Shown here piece by piece: positions 24,368-41,221 of a stretch of DNA of 64,000 nucleotides. The notes under the pieces were generated by a model. That model ran no database searches. It was not told where the DNA came from and saw only the letters and a program-made list of their open reading frames with translations. Numbering within the stretch: position 1 is the first letter of the stretch; every line of letters begins with the position of its first letter. Origin of the DNA: Octopus vulgaris (taxonomy: Eukaryota). The translations under genes were made by a program, and so were the position numbers. Where the stretch lies: contig OX597815.1 in NCBI GenBank assembly GCA_951406725.2, forward strand, positions 184,264,001 through 184,328,000. The letters run 5' to 3'.

Positions 24368-24499
24368 GCTTATGCGTCAAATGGCTGCTAAAATTAATAT
24401 GTGAGTGCAATACTGTCTCTACATTTAGAAATTCTAATATTTTTTATTAATTCATAAGTTAGAGAGAGATCAGCGCTTGTAAGCATTTGTATTTCCAGT

Positions 24500-25080
24500 A
24501 TCCTGCTAGTCCGCATTCTATCGAAAGGACGCGTTTCACTTGTCAAGCGCTACGTTTCCTCTGATAACCGCAGGACAAACTAGGTATTGCGTGACTGATT
24601 TCATTCAGTCATGCACTACGGTAGACACATTTCCAGCAGTTCGCTGTCAGTATACAGGTGTGATCACCATCTACCGGACGTTTAGTTCGTCAGATCGTCT
24701 CCTAATCAGATTTGCAGCCCTGGGTCGAATGTTTGGCATCCAGAATGTCGACAAACGTCAATGGAATTTTGTTAGCCAGACCAAGCTAAGCGGTTGGTAG
24801 AAGTTCCAGGTTGTGTTCTACAAAGACCTACACGGGAGGGTTCTGGACGCCAATCGAAATCAATAAGCTGGTCTATTCCAGAGGATTTTGAGCCAGTGCC
24901 CATAGGAAATTTTCAGAAATATCTGGACGGGTGTTGTCAGTACCAGATAAAATCAACAGGTATGGAAGTACCCCGTCAAGCAGATCTACCAAAAATGCTC
25001 CGCAAGTGACGAATACTTTGCACGTATTCGTTCAGTGTACGACCATTGCTGTTTTGACCTGTTGTTAGACGTCTACCGTC
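24500..25080 (+). mobile_element. Decayed L1/Tx1-clade ORF2 segment (post-RT zinc-knuckle region)
   Basis: Higher GC than flanks; broken frames give KSISW and IYQKCSASDE/TLHVFVQCTTIA, resembling the CxxC..ET..H...C motif. Confidence 0.45.
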
Positions 25081-26644
25081 ACATGTGGGATAGATCTATA
25101 TAAGACACAGCCTGGAAATATATTAAAAGGTCATGAACCTCTACTAAAGTATTGAGTACTCTTTTTTCCGATAGTTAATCAACACCATAATACCTGTATA
25201 TATACAAACATGCATACGTACAAACATAAATACATCTACGTGTGTGTTTGTGATGTATATGAGAGTATGTTTGTGTGTTTGTGATAGAATTAATTATTAA
25301 TTAATTCTCAATTAATTTCACTTAAAGAAATTCTTGCGATGCTGTAATATGAATGGTATTTAGGAAGACTTTCTAAAATTTCAATGAAGAAGAAATTATA
25401 TCCACAAGCATTAATTTGTGCTTTAGAAATATCTCCATCTGACATTACCAACTCATGTAATCATTTATGCTGTCTCTGAACATTCATGGAAGCATGAAAA
25501 TCTGTCTCATACGACCTTCAATCTAATTTTGTTAGCATTTCCTTATTTATTTACTCATGAATTCCTAAATAACTCTCACATATTTTTTAAAGAACGTATT
25601 ATGAAAATTTGATATCATGAAAAATTCACTGTATATAAATATGCGCTAATCGTTTACAATATATTGCCATAAATAATATTTATCATAGAAATTTTCAATC
25701 TGTTTTTTTTTTTTTGTTTTATAAAATACGTTGTAGATGTCGAGCTAAAAACTTCAATAACTAATACACAGCAAAAATACAACAAAATCCATGTTTAACA
25801 AACCATTATCATATGAATAGCTTTAATGCGTCTATCAAATTCATTTTCCTCCCACACAAAATCGATTTTCCATCAGATCCCTTGCATTAAAGGGGCTCGA
25901 AGATACATGTGAATATTAAGTTCATGTTTTTCAGTATTTAATTAATATTGGAGATTAAATTATAATCATAAGACTGAAATATTTTAATCGGTCTACAATT
26001 CCTAAGTATTTCACTTTAAGTCAGTTCTTTTCACACGTATCGCCTTTGAAAAATGCGTCCGTTCATTGAACCTTTTACCTGTTATTCTATCGCTGTCCAG
26101 TACTTTATTATTCTGAGCAAATAAGAATAGTTTCCATGGAAAGACAAGGCTACTAAAACAGAATATAAACATCTGTTGTAACGATATTTAAAATGGATTC
26201 ATCCAATATTTCTTAGGTTAGTTTGAATGTTTGCTTTGTGGCAAGCACTGCAAATATTTTCGCTATGCCCGAGTTCTCATTTTTCAGATCATTAAAATGT
26301 TGAATTCTTTTACTTCAAATAGAGAAGAGTAATGAGATTTTATTTGTATGGGAATTGGGATACTATGTGCCAGTTATTTGAACACTTGGCACGTTATACA
26401 TTTCCTAATGCTCTGAAACGTATGTATCAAAGGGAAAAGGCACCATATTTACCGTTAGATTGGCAGGCTTTTGGATATTTACCCGTTTCGTTAAAGCAAT
26501 GAATGCAATTCTCTTGATGAAATGCAAAAAACATATGTCGGTTGAAATGCAAATATCAGAACGCATTTCATTTCTATTCACACACACACACATCAAGCTC
26601 ACACACAGATATATGTGTAATTCGTGTGTGCTTGTATACATTTA

Positions 26645-26792
26645 TATGTAGCTGTGTGATAAGAAGTTTGCTTCCCAACCAAATAAATTGTTCAGGGTTC
26701 AGTCGACTGCACCGCGTCTTGGGCCAGTGCCTTCAACTATAGCCTCGGGCCGACCGAACCTTATTTGTTAGAAAAAAACTGACAGAAGAAGG

Positions 26793-26795
<3 letters not shown>
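26645..26795 (+). mobile_element. SINE B, diverged 5' part
   Basis: GCTGTGTGATAAGAAGTTTGCTTCCCAACC...GGGTTCAGTC...ACTATAGCCTCGGGCCGACC. Confidence 0.75.
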
Positions 26796-26838
<43 letters not shown>

Positions 26839-27063
26839 CCAAAGGTGTAGAAACGGCGTACTCTGAATGATAGAAAGACATGCACGAATTAGGTACTCCA
26901 AATCAGTCGGAAGGATGGAGGCCCGTCTGAGCGTGCAGTAAATAGATAATTCAAAAAACGGAGATCCCTGCAACCAGAACATCTTCAATTTCACTAATGC
27001 AAACCTAACAATTATTGCTCAAAGTAATTAAGAGATATCATTACAGACCAAATTATAACTCAG

Positions 27064-27332
27064 TTTTTCTTCTGGGGCTACGTTAAACCCTTGTGTATTC
27101 TGAAAAGATTCGTGACCAAGGAGACCTAATTCAAAGAATTGTTGAAGCGTGTGAAGAAGCCAACGGTAGTGAAAAGCTATTTGAGAAGGTTCATCGCAAT
27201 TTCAAATTCCGTATGAAGACCTGTTTAGAGCTACATGGCCACCACTTTGAACATTTGTAATGGATTACCTACTTCATTGCTAATAAGGCATACCTGATAT
27301 CTCCCATGGTGCGTGGCTTTGTGACCACCCTG
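27064..27332 (+). mobile_element. Tc1/mariner transposase C-terminal fragment plus right TIR
   Basis: FFFWGYVK/(frameshift)LVYSEKIRDQGDLIQRIVEAC...VHRNFKFRMKTCLELHGHHFEHL* (stop 27258-27260); ends GTGACCACCCTG|TA. Confidence 0.8.
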
Positions 27333-27719
27333 TATATTCCGTTTAGTTCTCAATAAAACACGTTCAAAAATTATATAATCCCATATATAATTTATAATTA
27401 GATTTTTAGGCGATAGTTCATTATACCTGTTTGTTTTTACCTGAGTTTAACAATACAACTCTGTTATGGATTATTTTGATAAAGCTTTAGGTGTTTCTGT
27501 CCATCAACTGACTCAGCATTATTGATAATATAAAGAAATACTTGCAACTTGCCTTATGGATATATGTAATGATTGTAAGAGCATACTAGACATGATTATA
27601 TAAAAAAAATGTAGCCTATTCAGTATTCTAGAGTAAATTGTAAGCCATCCTATATTTGTTCAAGAGTGCCAGCCAATATTATACACAAGCGTTCTTTCTC
27701 TTAATTTTGGAGAAAGACT

Positions 27720-27922
27720 AAGCGGCGATATGGCAGTATGGTTACAGCACTGCACAAAATACTTAACGGTATTTTCCTAGTTATATGCTCCGCCGAGATC
27801 AACTTAGCCTTTTATACATTTGGCGTCGATAAAATAAGTACCAGTTGAGCAACTGGGGTCGATGTCATCGACTTACCCCCTCACCGAACTTACTGGCTTT
27901 GTGCCAAAATTTGAAACCATTA
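27720..27922 (+). mobile_element. SINE A, diverged subfamily
   Basis: CCGCCGAGATCAAC...GTCGATAAAATAAGTACCAGTTGAGC...GTGCCAAAATTTGAAACCA. Confidence 0.75.
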
Positions 27923-28723
27923 TTGAGAAAGACTTGAAGCCTGCTATAGCTTGTATTAGTAGGGAAGCAATATTAAATAGCGCTCACTTGCTTAGTAAAT
28001 ACAGTAGAACACACACACACAACATACGAATACTTACATATACGAATATATACATACATATATATGCACGTATGTACACGACCAGTTTAAATTGCCCGCC
28101 TAAAACTCCTCGTGCGATATGGTCAAATGCCTTCTCTCCTGGTACTGTATGAACATTTATGTGGTTTTAGAGTCAAGTTTTGGCTGTTATTTCCAGCGTG
28201 GTGGTATCTTTTAGATACCCTAAATTATAATGTTATACATATACACGTTTGTGTTTGTATATCTGAGTGTATGTATGTATATATATACAAAATTTATGTC
28301 ATGTCAAACAGAAATCTAATCTCTTCACTACATAGAGATACACAAAGGCAGAATGAATCGTAATACTATCACTCTCTGCTGTCCCAGATTCTTCACGTAT
28401 GTTATGTAGAGTATAATCTTTTCATACCTTACTGATCATGGAATTAAAACACAAACCAAGAAAAGAATTGCCCCGAATACCACTCCCTCCAAACCCTATC
28501 GTATGAAATTTGAATAAACTACAGCCATTATTTATGCTAATGTTCTCACACAAATTTTAAAGTGATAGAAACGTGACTGGCCTTATAGAAGCCAGGATTT
28601 AAAAAATATGTTTTTTCTATTTAATTTTAAGTTATTTGACTTCAATTTTGGTTCACCCTCATTATATACATATATTCATATTACTTCGATATAAACACGC
28701 GCATACACACATCTGCATATACC

Positions 28724-28770
<47 letters not shown>

Positions 28771-28929
28771 AAACTGTACTTGGAGAAGGAGAAACGAAAC
28801 GAAACGAATGGAATCGACGCGAGGGCGCTCAGTCATACAATAGTGTAAAAAATAAAATATATGCATACATACATATATGTACGTACCTACATCTACATGT
28901 ATATGTACATACATATATAAATATATATA

Positions 28930-29380
28930 CGTGAGTACAGGACACCACAATTAGGCGTAGAACTCAACGAGAAACGAAAACGAAAAAGCAAGCATGGAAC
29001 GGACCTATTTTTTAACAACGAAAGAGCTGTGTACAAGACAAACTACACAAGGACAAGTCCCCTTCATCAGCTGTCCCTAGTTCAACTCCAGCGTGTTTCT
29101 AAGGTGCGGACAGATCACGACTCGTCGAACTAGCCCTTCCTGCGAAGAAATTAAATAAAATTACTTCGCAGAGGGGTAAAAACAAGGAAAAAAAGAATGT
29201 GACACAAACAGGACGTAAAAACGATACAAATAATATTACAAAATGAAATACAAAATAAAAATACAATTACAAAAAAATACAATACATGAAATAAAAACAA
29301 ACAAGAAAACAAACAAAGAGGGCCTTATGGCCTAGACAGGGAGAAATTCAAAGAGCGCAAGAACCGTGTGTTTACAGTTG
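28930..29380 (-). mobile_element. Dispersed repeat (family G), Penelope-like
   Basis: Homologous to 30875-31420; CTGATGAAGGGG on the minus strand at about 29059-29070. Confidence 0.5.
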
Positions 29381-30795
29381 AGAGGCAGTACGATCGATTC
29401 ATGCGACTCCATTTAATTGAACAATGCAATCATTTCATTACATCAATTTAAAATATAGAGCAATCTTCAGCTGCACAAGGGTATAGAATTTAATTAAATT
29501 AAGACACATTAGTATAATTTTACCCAAAATCTCCAAGAGGATAAGGAGATAGACAAAGACCATCACAGTTGTAATTGAATTTTTTTCTCAAGATGACACT
29601 GCCTGTCACTGATGTTTAGTTTTATCACCGGGGGAGGGTAAGTTTTAATTTATAGACTAGTTTATCAAGTCCTTTGTATATTTTAGGCTGAGAGAAGACA
29701 GAGGGTAGTATCTGTTTGGGGTAGAGTAGGTGGAGTAGACAGACATTCTAGATGGTATAGTCATAAAATCAAGATTTATTTGAAGCAATGTCATGAGGTT
29801 TAGTAAGAGAATATTTCAAACAAGATGTTGGCTGCTATTAAGGGATCGCCCACTAGCAGAGCAATGATAATGAGGCAGGGGGAAATCTTATGTAGTACTA
29901 CAATTAACTACTATAAAACAATGCTGATATATTATATACAGATAAAGTTTAGGGTTATACAAAAGATTATTAAGAAGCATATTTACGAATACTTTTTAGT
30001 ATATATCAAATTTTACACAATAGAGGGAAGAAAAGAAAATAGAGAAATTGTTTGATATTTATACACTTAAATACTAACTTATCAGATATCTTTGAATATT
30101 GATTAAATGATATTTACTGATATTAATAAAGGAGTATTGAGGTAAAAGAACATGCTAATTATATATTTAAAATGTTAGTCTAAGCAGATTTTTTTTATTT
30201 TAAGTAGTGAATATATTAGCATAACTTTATATAAGCTGAGTATGAAATGAATAGAGACACAAGACTTAGAATAATTTTATAAATAAACAAACAAAGGCTA
30301 GTTTTAAAAATAAAATAAAATAGTCATTGGTAGAACATCATAGAAAAGGGGTAAAATGGTTTAATTACTAATACTATGGTAAAGTGTATTTAGCTTGTTA
30401 ACAACAATAGGGAAGATATTTTAGAAAAAAAGCTTAGTAATTCAAAATATATTAGACGAAAAATTATGTTTCCTGGTTAAGATAATATCTATAAAAAACT
30501 GATGTTTGGTATCGGCTAAAGGAATAATTAAGTGAAGGAACAATTCTACTTTGAACTAATCTTTATGTAAAATTATAATGCATCGCTTGCTCTCTACTTG
30601 TATATGAATACGCGCACACAAACACTAAATGCATACATATTTTCGTACATAAATATATATACACACATATGTGTGAACGTATGTATTCACTTTAAAATAC
30701 ACACATCATACATATGCAACCAATATGTATATGTATGTATGTGTATGCATATGTATATGTATGTATATATATATCTATCTATCTATATATATATA

Positions 30796-31620
30796 TAATA
30801 TAAATAATATATAAATATATGGATATATACATATATGTACATACCTACATATATATGTATATATACATGCATAATTGGGTACAGGACATCAAAAAACATT
30901 GAACACAATGAGAAACGAAAACATAAAAATAAAAACTTAGAAACGAACTTTTTTTCGAACAACGAAAAAAACAAGAGAAACGAGACAAGCAGCAGAAAGA
31001 ATATTCCCCTTCATCAGTTGTCCCTGTTTCATCTACTCCGCATTTTCGAAGGCAAGGACAAGGCACGACTTCGTTGAAGCAGTTCTTCTCGCAAAGCAGA
31101 TTAAATGCAATTTGTGATTTTTCGCGGAGGGTGAAAGTGGAAACGAGAACAGGACAGTGAGAATATGACAGTAAAAACAAATGGTGAGGGTTGTTAAGCC
31201 AAGACGATAGAAAGATTATTATGAACTCTAGGAGGACAAGCTTATGAGAGGAGACAGTAATAAGAACGTGTTGTTTTTAGGAAGGAAATGGGCAGAAAGA
31301 TAGATTCCCTTTCGTCAAGTGGGAGAGGGAGAGAGATAGACAGAGAAAAGATAGAAGAGTGCGCATCGTACTTATGAAGATAAAATTTACTTGGGAAAGG
31401 ATGCGTGGCATTCGATCATATAATAATATAAATAATATATAAATACATGCATATATACATGCATATATGTACACACCTACATATATATGTATATATACAT
31501 GCATATATGAGTACAGGACATAAAAAAACGTTGAACACAATGAGAGACGAAGACAAAATCAAAAACGTAGAAAACGAACTTTTTTTGAACAACGAAAAAA
31601 AAAACAACAGAAAAATGAGA
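30796..31620 (-). mobile_element. Family G element in partial tandem, period about 630 bp
   Basis: 30796-30975 recurs at 31424-31620 (GTACAGGACAT.AAAAAAC.TTGAACACAATGAGA.ACGAA); CTGATGAAG on minus at 31009-31017. Confidence 0.55.
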
Positions 31621-31624
31621 CATG

Positions 31625-35209
<3,585 letters not shown>

Positions 35210-36300
35210 ACTTACTTTGATACTTTGATAGGTTTCGGCCATTATTGGCCCAGGCCATGTCTAACTTAATAGCACCACCTGGTGAAGTCTTTCAAGTCAG
35301 AATTTGGGCACTATGGCCCACTCAAGTAGAGAGTTATTGTTTACAGAGACATATCCGGGTGTAGGGGGTTTATCCGGGATTTCTTGAAGGAATCTGTCCA
35401 AAGACTTCTTGAACCCTATAGGGTCAGTTTCTGTTTTAATGTGTTTTGGTGTAATGTTAAAGAGAGCGGGGCCAATTGAGGTGAAATAATTGTGCCGTAT
35501 TGTTGTTATGAGATGAGAGTGCGATTTTTGTTTCGGGCGGATGGCACGGGGCCCAAGCCTTGGATGTACCTTAAAGGTGATGCCAACATCATTTGGGCAA
35601 TGCTGATGGAATATTTTCCACATCATGCAGATGATGTAGCGCTCACGACGACGTTGGAGAGAATAGAGTTTTAGCTTTTCTAGTCGACCCCAATAGTCGA
35701 GGCCTGTCATGCCATCTATCTTTTTTGTGATTGCCCTTTGAGGTGCTTCGACTTTTATGATACCTTGTATTGTGTGGGGAGACCACAGTGGACAACAGTA
35801 TTCAAGGTGGGGTCGGGCAAAAGTGGAGAAGAGAAGGATAATGGTGTGGATATCTCTCGACTGGAAAGTTCTGAGAATCCAGGAACACATTCTGCGGGCC
35901 ATGTCAACTTTGGTGTTTATATGAGTGGCCCAGCTTACGTTGTTGTCCACAATTACTCCCAAGTCTCTGATGTTGTTGGACGCCGCGAGAGTTTCACCTG
36001 AAGGAAGGGAGTATGGGAGTTTCAGGGCATCCTCTTTTCCAAAGTGGATTAGCTCAAATTTATCCTCGTTCAGCAGCATATTGTTTTTTTCTGCCCATTG
36101 GATAACAGCCAGTAGATCTGACTGAAGGCATGTCCGGTCACTCGCCTCATTTATGACCTTCTGTAGCTTGGAGTCATCTGCAAAGATTTTTATGTTGCTG
36201 TGCTTGATGATGTCATTAATGTCATTAATGTAAATGATGAAAAGAAGTGGGCCCAGCACAGTGCCTTGCGGAACGCCACTACTGACTTTGGCTGGGCTTT
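35210..36300 (-). mobile_element. CR1-type LINE, 5'-truncated, with (TATCAAAG)n tail
   Basis: RT ORF, short 3' UTR with a stem-loop, and an 8-bp terminal repeat. Confidence 0.92.
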
Positions 36301-36313
36301 GCATATTCATCAC
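35297..36313 (-). CDS. LINE ORF2 fragment: reverse transcriptase C-terminal half and C-terminal domain (no true start codon)
   Basis: SGVPQGTVLGPLLFIIYIND, FADDSKL, RDLGVIVD, RPHLEYCCPLWSP, LYSLQRRRERY; 338 aa uninterrupted. Confidence 0.9.
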   Translation of the reverse strand: MMNMQSPAKVSSGVPQGTVLGPLLFIIYINDINDIIKHSNIKIFADDSKLQKVINEASDRTCLQSDLLAVIQWAEKNNMLLNEDKFELIHFGKEDALKLPYSLPSGETLAASNNIRDLGVIVDNNVSWATHINTKVDMARRMCSWILRTFQSRDIHTIILLFSTFARPHLEYCCPLWSPHTIQGIIKVEAPQRAITKKIDGMTGLDYWGRLEKLKLYSLQRRRERYIICMMWKIFHQHCPNDVGITFKVHPRLGPRAIRPKQKSHSHLITTIRHNYFTSIGPALFNITPKHIKTETDPIGFKKSLDRFLQEIPDKPPTPGYVSVNNNSLLEWAIVPKF

Positions 36314-37699
36314 CGAGACTCGGCGTACTTAACAATCATAGACGCTCGGAATGGCAAACCGGGCGTCTGTCTGCTCGCTTGCCTTTCTGTATCAATCGAC
36401 GTTGCTTTTACCATCATTTATTGTTATATGTAACACCATTTTATCCCTCCTATGTTTACATTTAAGAATTCTTTTATTTATTATATGGTCCCTTATCTAC
36501 ATTTCTATATTTAAATTTAATTTTCCTATTCGGAATCGCCTGAGTAACTTTTGAAATAAATTCTATTGCATCTAAGTATTTATATACATAAAATGTGTTT
36601 CTTCGATAATAAAAAAACCCAATAAATCTCTTTAGCATAATTATTTCATATATTCTTATCCGAATAAGTTGTATTGTCTTCTTCAGAATTTGGTCTTCTT
36701 GCAAATTCAATGAATTACATGCACACGAGCGCACTCGCCACGCATCCTACTCACAAATATATAGTTGATCTCCTCCATTGAACAATGACGATTCAGTTGT
36801 TTTACAAACAACTAGATTCAAGTTAACAGAATTTCATTCAGTAACATATGTGACTGAATATTTCACACGCTCGGGCACCATTTATGTAAATTCCGGGCAG
36901 AGGCAGTGCGGAAATAGTATTTCATTAAAATAGTCAATTATGTATTATATTGAATTTAAATGCATGACAAATGCAAGTCTAGTGTTGTATCAATTCGGCG
37001 ATAGTATCTACTGGAGATATCTTGTGTTTAACACGCGGTGTATATCGAAGGATATCAAAATGAAACTGTTGTATATATGGGAATTTTATTTAACTTAATT
37101 CAGTGTATTATAGATAACTGAAGAACAAGTTTCTTATTCGTATCACAGATATCATGGTTGCGGCAATCGAATGCTCTTGTATATAAATCTGAATGCTTTT
37201 GTTTTAAAATATACTGGGCAATGACAACTAACTTCATTAGAAGGGTTTCAGTGAAATAATGACAGATCTATTATATTAGTACTATATTGAAACATATATG
37301 ATTAGAAGAGAAGTACGACTTTCATGCGTTCTAGGTTAAATACTGAGAAAAAGTGGCATATTCTATGGTAAACAGTGCAATAAATATGTTCTTAATAAGT
37401 GGCATTCTGAAATAAATATTTGCTTTGTTTTGACTGCGATGCATATATGTGTATGGTATTTTATTCCTTTTCCTTGTTTGCCAATTCGAGTCTATTACAA
37501 GCGTTTCAATGCGTCCATTTGTTTCCATCCTCTGTTAATCTGCCAGTTGAGTACATGCATCAGAACGCCTGGATGAGTTAAGAGGGATAAATGTTCACAT
37601 TATACAAAGTCTCCTTCACCTCTATTACACAGAGCATTTGAAAATCAGGAACTATGTAATAACAAATCTACACATTTGTATCTGGTTGAGCCGGCGGTA

Positions 37700-38118
37700 C
37701 TCATCCCATGTCGCCACACATGCTTACCTTACAACAGCAGTTGATTGTCCGTCATGTTCGAAGTGAAATCCAGGGCCGCTCGGGAAGCGGACTTTAGTTT
37801 ACCAGGATATCACATGTAGAATAGTTGACGCTAGATTTGAATATCTCGCAGTTTGAGGCTCATTCTCGGCCAGAGCGCTGAAGCGATTAGTGATAGAGCA
37901 CGCTAATGTCGCGGCGATGCTGGGATCATGGAGACAAAATGAGATAGGGATGATACTTGACGTGGGGTGGGGGTCCACTCGCAACTCCAGCGAGTGGGTG
38001 GCAGCCAGCAATCATTGTTCGATATTGCCGAGTTGAGCTCCTTTGTAGACACGTTAGGCAGTGACAAATGACCTCCAGCGATGGGAAATGATGATTTAGT
38101 TGATCACGTTTCCGTGCT
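37700..38118 (-). mobile_element. RTE-clade LINE: end of the AP endonuclease domain plus linker
   Basis: IN*IIISHRWRSFVTA*RVYKGAQLGNIEQ*LLAA...LHDP...ITNRFSAL. Confidence 0.7.
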
Positions 38119-38400
38119 CATAGATATACCTCGCATGCACTGGTAGGGACATGCCATCCATCTCCCCCTAGATCATTCTATCAAGGCTTTACTCTTATTC
38201 GACGCAGCAGCTGCTGGCTGGTAGAGGCCTCGTAGTAGGCTTCGTATCAGATAGATGGACGTGATGAAGAAACATTCTCCAGAGGCTTGATGTCGCCTTT
38301 GGAGCATGCAGAGAAGCTGGCGCGCGACCGCCAGCGATGGAGAGCACTGTCGGACTTAGTCGGATCTATGCATGATGACGTCTTTGAGACCATTAATCTG
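38119..38400 (+). mobile_element. RTE-clade LINE C-terminus
   Basis: RMHW*GHAIHLP...GW*RPRSRLRIR*MDV...AEKLARDRQRWRAL. Confidence 0.75.
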
Positions 38401-38884
38401 GGATGACCTCAGCCCTACCAAGCAATCATATGTAATTTATTTCAAAACAACCCGAGTATTTAAAAGTGGAATTCGGTTTAACATTGTGAGCGTTGCTTCT
38501 TCAGTTTGCGTCGATGACAAAATATCGGTGCATTTAAATATATCAACAATATATGTATGATTCAAATAAAATAATTGCCATGTTACATTTGTGTTCACCA
38601 AAATTTATGATTCACGCCTTTTTGTATTTGTATACACTGAAATGTAAACAAATATAATTATGTTATATCCTGTTTTAAACTGACATTTATTTTTGTTTTA
38701 TTTTCAAAGGATTTTCTATAACTATTTGTGCCATCCTCAAAGAAATTCGAACACAGTATTTTGTACAAGCGAAATGGGTATGTACAAAACATTTGTTATA
38801 GCGTATCACACGCACAAAAAAAAATCCAAAAATGAAATGGTTAAACGTTTTAAATTTCAGTTTATATATGTACATATGAATTTG

Positions 38885-39258
38885 TGTTGCAAGATACCTG
38901 TTGTGAAGTCGTGTGTTGAAACAGATATTGTTATATTTTGGGACGGTCATGTTTTTGCCAAAATAAACATACGCACTATATAGTGGTTCTTCACTTGTTT
39001 ATTGCTGCTCTTATTCTAATTCATGTCTATTGTCCGGAAATCTTTCATGATACATCTGTGACATTTTCCTTCTTCGTGTATGCTCTTGCTCTACATATTC
39101 CATTCCAGAATGGAATAAGCCGGGCAAGAACACACTCTGATTATAGAACGGAATAAGCAGAGCAAAAGTACTCAGTGTCGCTAAGGAGGTCACATATGTG
39201 TAACGAAAGATTTCCGGACAATGCGCATGAGTTAGAATAAAAAGAGTAATGAACACCT
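38885..39258. mobile_element. Fold-back element, same header family as 7965-8468
   Basis: Header TTGCAAGATAC..GTGTGTTGAAACAGATATTG; arms TTATTCTAA..TTGTCCGGAAATCTTTC and GAAAGATTTCCGGACAA..TTAGAATAA. Confidence 0.7.
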
Positions 39259-39261
39259 TCT

Positions 39262-39490
39262 TGATCGTTACCTTCTTCATTATATCTCTTTTGAGTCTTA
39301 TTTGCATTATCCTAGCCTCTTCAAATGCTTTCATTCTACTCCACACCTTTGTTCGCCATCCAACCCGATCCAAAGAAATGGTTTCTATATCCTCTGGATA
39401 CATTCCAAGTGACTTCATAGTAGTCCTTATGCCGTCCTTAAAATTTGTTATAGGTTTACATTGATAGCGTTTCCCCTCTGCAAGCTCTAC
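39262..39490 (-). mobile_element. RTE-clade ORF C-terminal fragment
   Basis: ELAEGKRYQCKPITNFKD...IETISLDRVGWRTKV...FEEAR...KR. Confidence 0.75.
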
Positions 39491-39599
39491 ATACATACAT
39501 ACATACATACATACATACATACATACATACATACATACATACATACATACATACATACATACATACATACATACATACATACATACATACATACATACA

Positions 39600-39635
<36 letters not shown>

Positions 39636-39650
39636 CATACATACATACAT
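39488..39650. repeat. (TACA)n microsatellite
   Basis: Directly visible, nearly perfect. Confidence 0.97.
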
Positions 39651-40082
39651 CACATACACAAACACACATACTTTTTAAGTGATGGTTCCAAGATCATATT
39701 TCTTTCTTTCTCGTATTTTAAACTTTAGAGAAATTCAGTATTGTGATGTTCATGCTTTGATTTTCCTTTTAGTACTATAGTCGAAATGCAGTATTATAGA
39801 GATGGCATAATCAAATACAAACAAAAACTGATTGCCCATCTTGCCGTATTCATTTCACTCTTTAATTTGAACGGTTGGGCATTTAACCGGAACAGAGATT
39901 TTAGAGTAGTCGAACAGAATTTTGCTTCTCAGATATTATTCACTCCGTGTTAAGTAATCCATATTTTAATATATAATTCTCTAATTCTCTAAATAATTAA
40001 ATTTAATTATTTCTAAGATATTACATGCATACAGAAACTAACATTCATACAAGTACATACAAAAACATAGTCATATATGGTG

Positions 40083-40115
<33 letters not shown>

Positions 40116-41221
40116 AAAGCCTTTGAAGTTGATGCTTTGAACTGAGCACAGTAAATGCTGTTTAATTAAATGCATTTTACTTATTTGCACGAGGAAAGCA
40201 GTTACTAAATTAATTCAATGCACACATCAAAGAATAATAGAGATAATTATGAATTAATCTTTCAAATTTCATTTTAATTTTTCCTGGCAAATTTGTACAT
40301 TTGCTTATAACCAAGGTTTATTAACTTTGAGCATGTTTCAGCCTAGTATACTTCATCAATAGAGTACAGCATATTCTTGGCGGCTTGATAGTTCGAGAAA
40401 AATGTTATATATAGAAATATATTTATATATAGTTATGAATAATTATCGATTAGTATATCTTCCACAATGGAAACCAAATTTTGAAGAGAAAATTCAAATG
40501 AACCAATGACGTTAACTTTGAAAGATGTGTTTAAAGAAAAATGTACAGTGTTGCGCACACACCAAAAACTAATTAATATTTCTCTCTAATTTGGAGCAAG
40601 AAGACACTTAGTGCAATTGTTTATCGTTTCTTTAAGTGGAGGGGAGATATTATCAGGAAGCAAAGAATTGATTTCTTAAATTTGTTATACATGCAGAGAA
40701 GCGGTTTCATGACACTTTGCCAGTAAACAACCTTTGTGGCCATGTTTCGATTTATTAGAACTTATAGAAAAATTAGTCAAAGCATCACTGCTTGATCACT
40801 TGACAAATGATTTTATGTATAGAAAACTAAAAACATATTATTTAGGGTTAGTTTAATCCCCATAATTATAAAGTAAACTGGCCTATTACAATCTGTAATG
40901 AAACAGTTAAGGTATAATGCATTCATTGCTATTTGCAAAAGGATAATTGGAAGGAATTTGTTTTAATCTGAGATGGACACGGAAAACTGAAGCGCATATT
41001 TAGTCGCGTTTCTAAAATGCTATCAGGAATGATTGTAAAGAAAAAACACAGAATGTAGCTTTCAAATTTAAATGATAAACTTGGTGGAACATGAGTTTTG
41101 ATTATAAGAACAGAGTAGGACGTATAGGTTTCGTTCCTTTTAGAAATCGTCTTTTCAAATCAATGTACATCAGTCACGCAGAACGCATCGTTTTAAATTT
41201 TCTAACATTATACTTATATGT

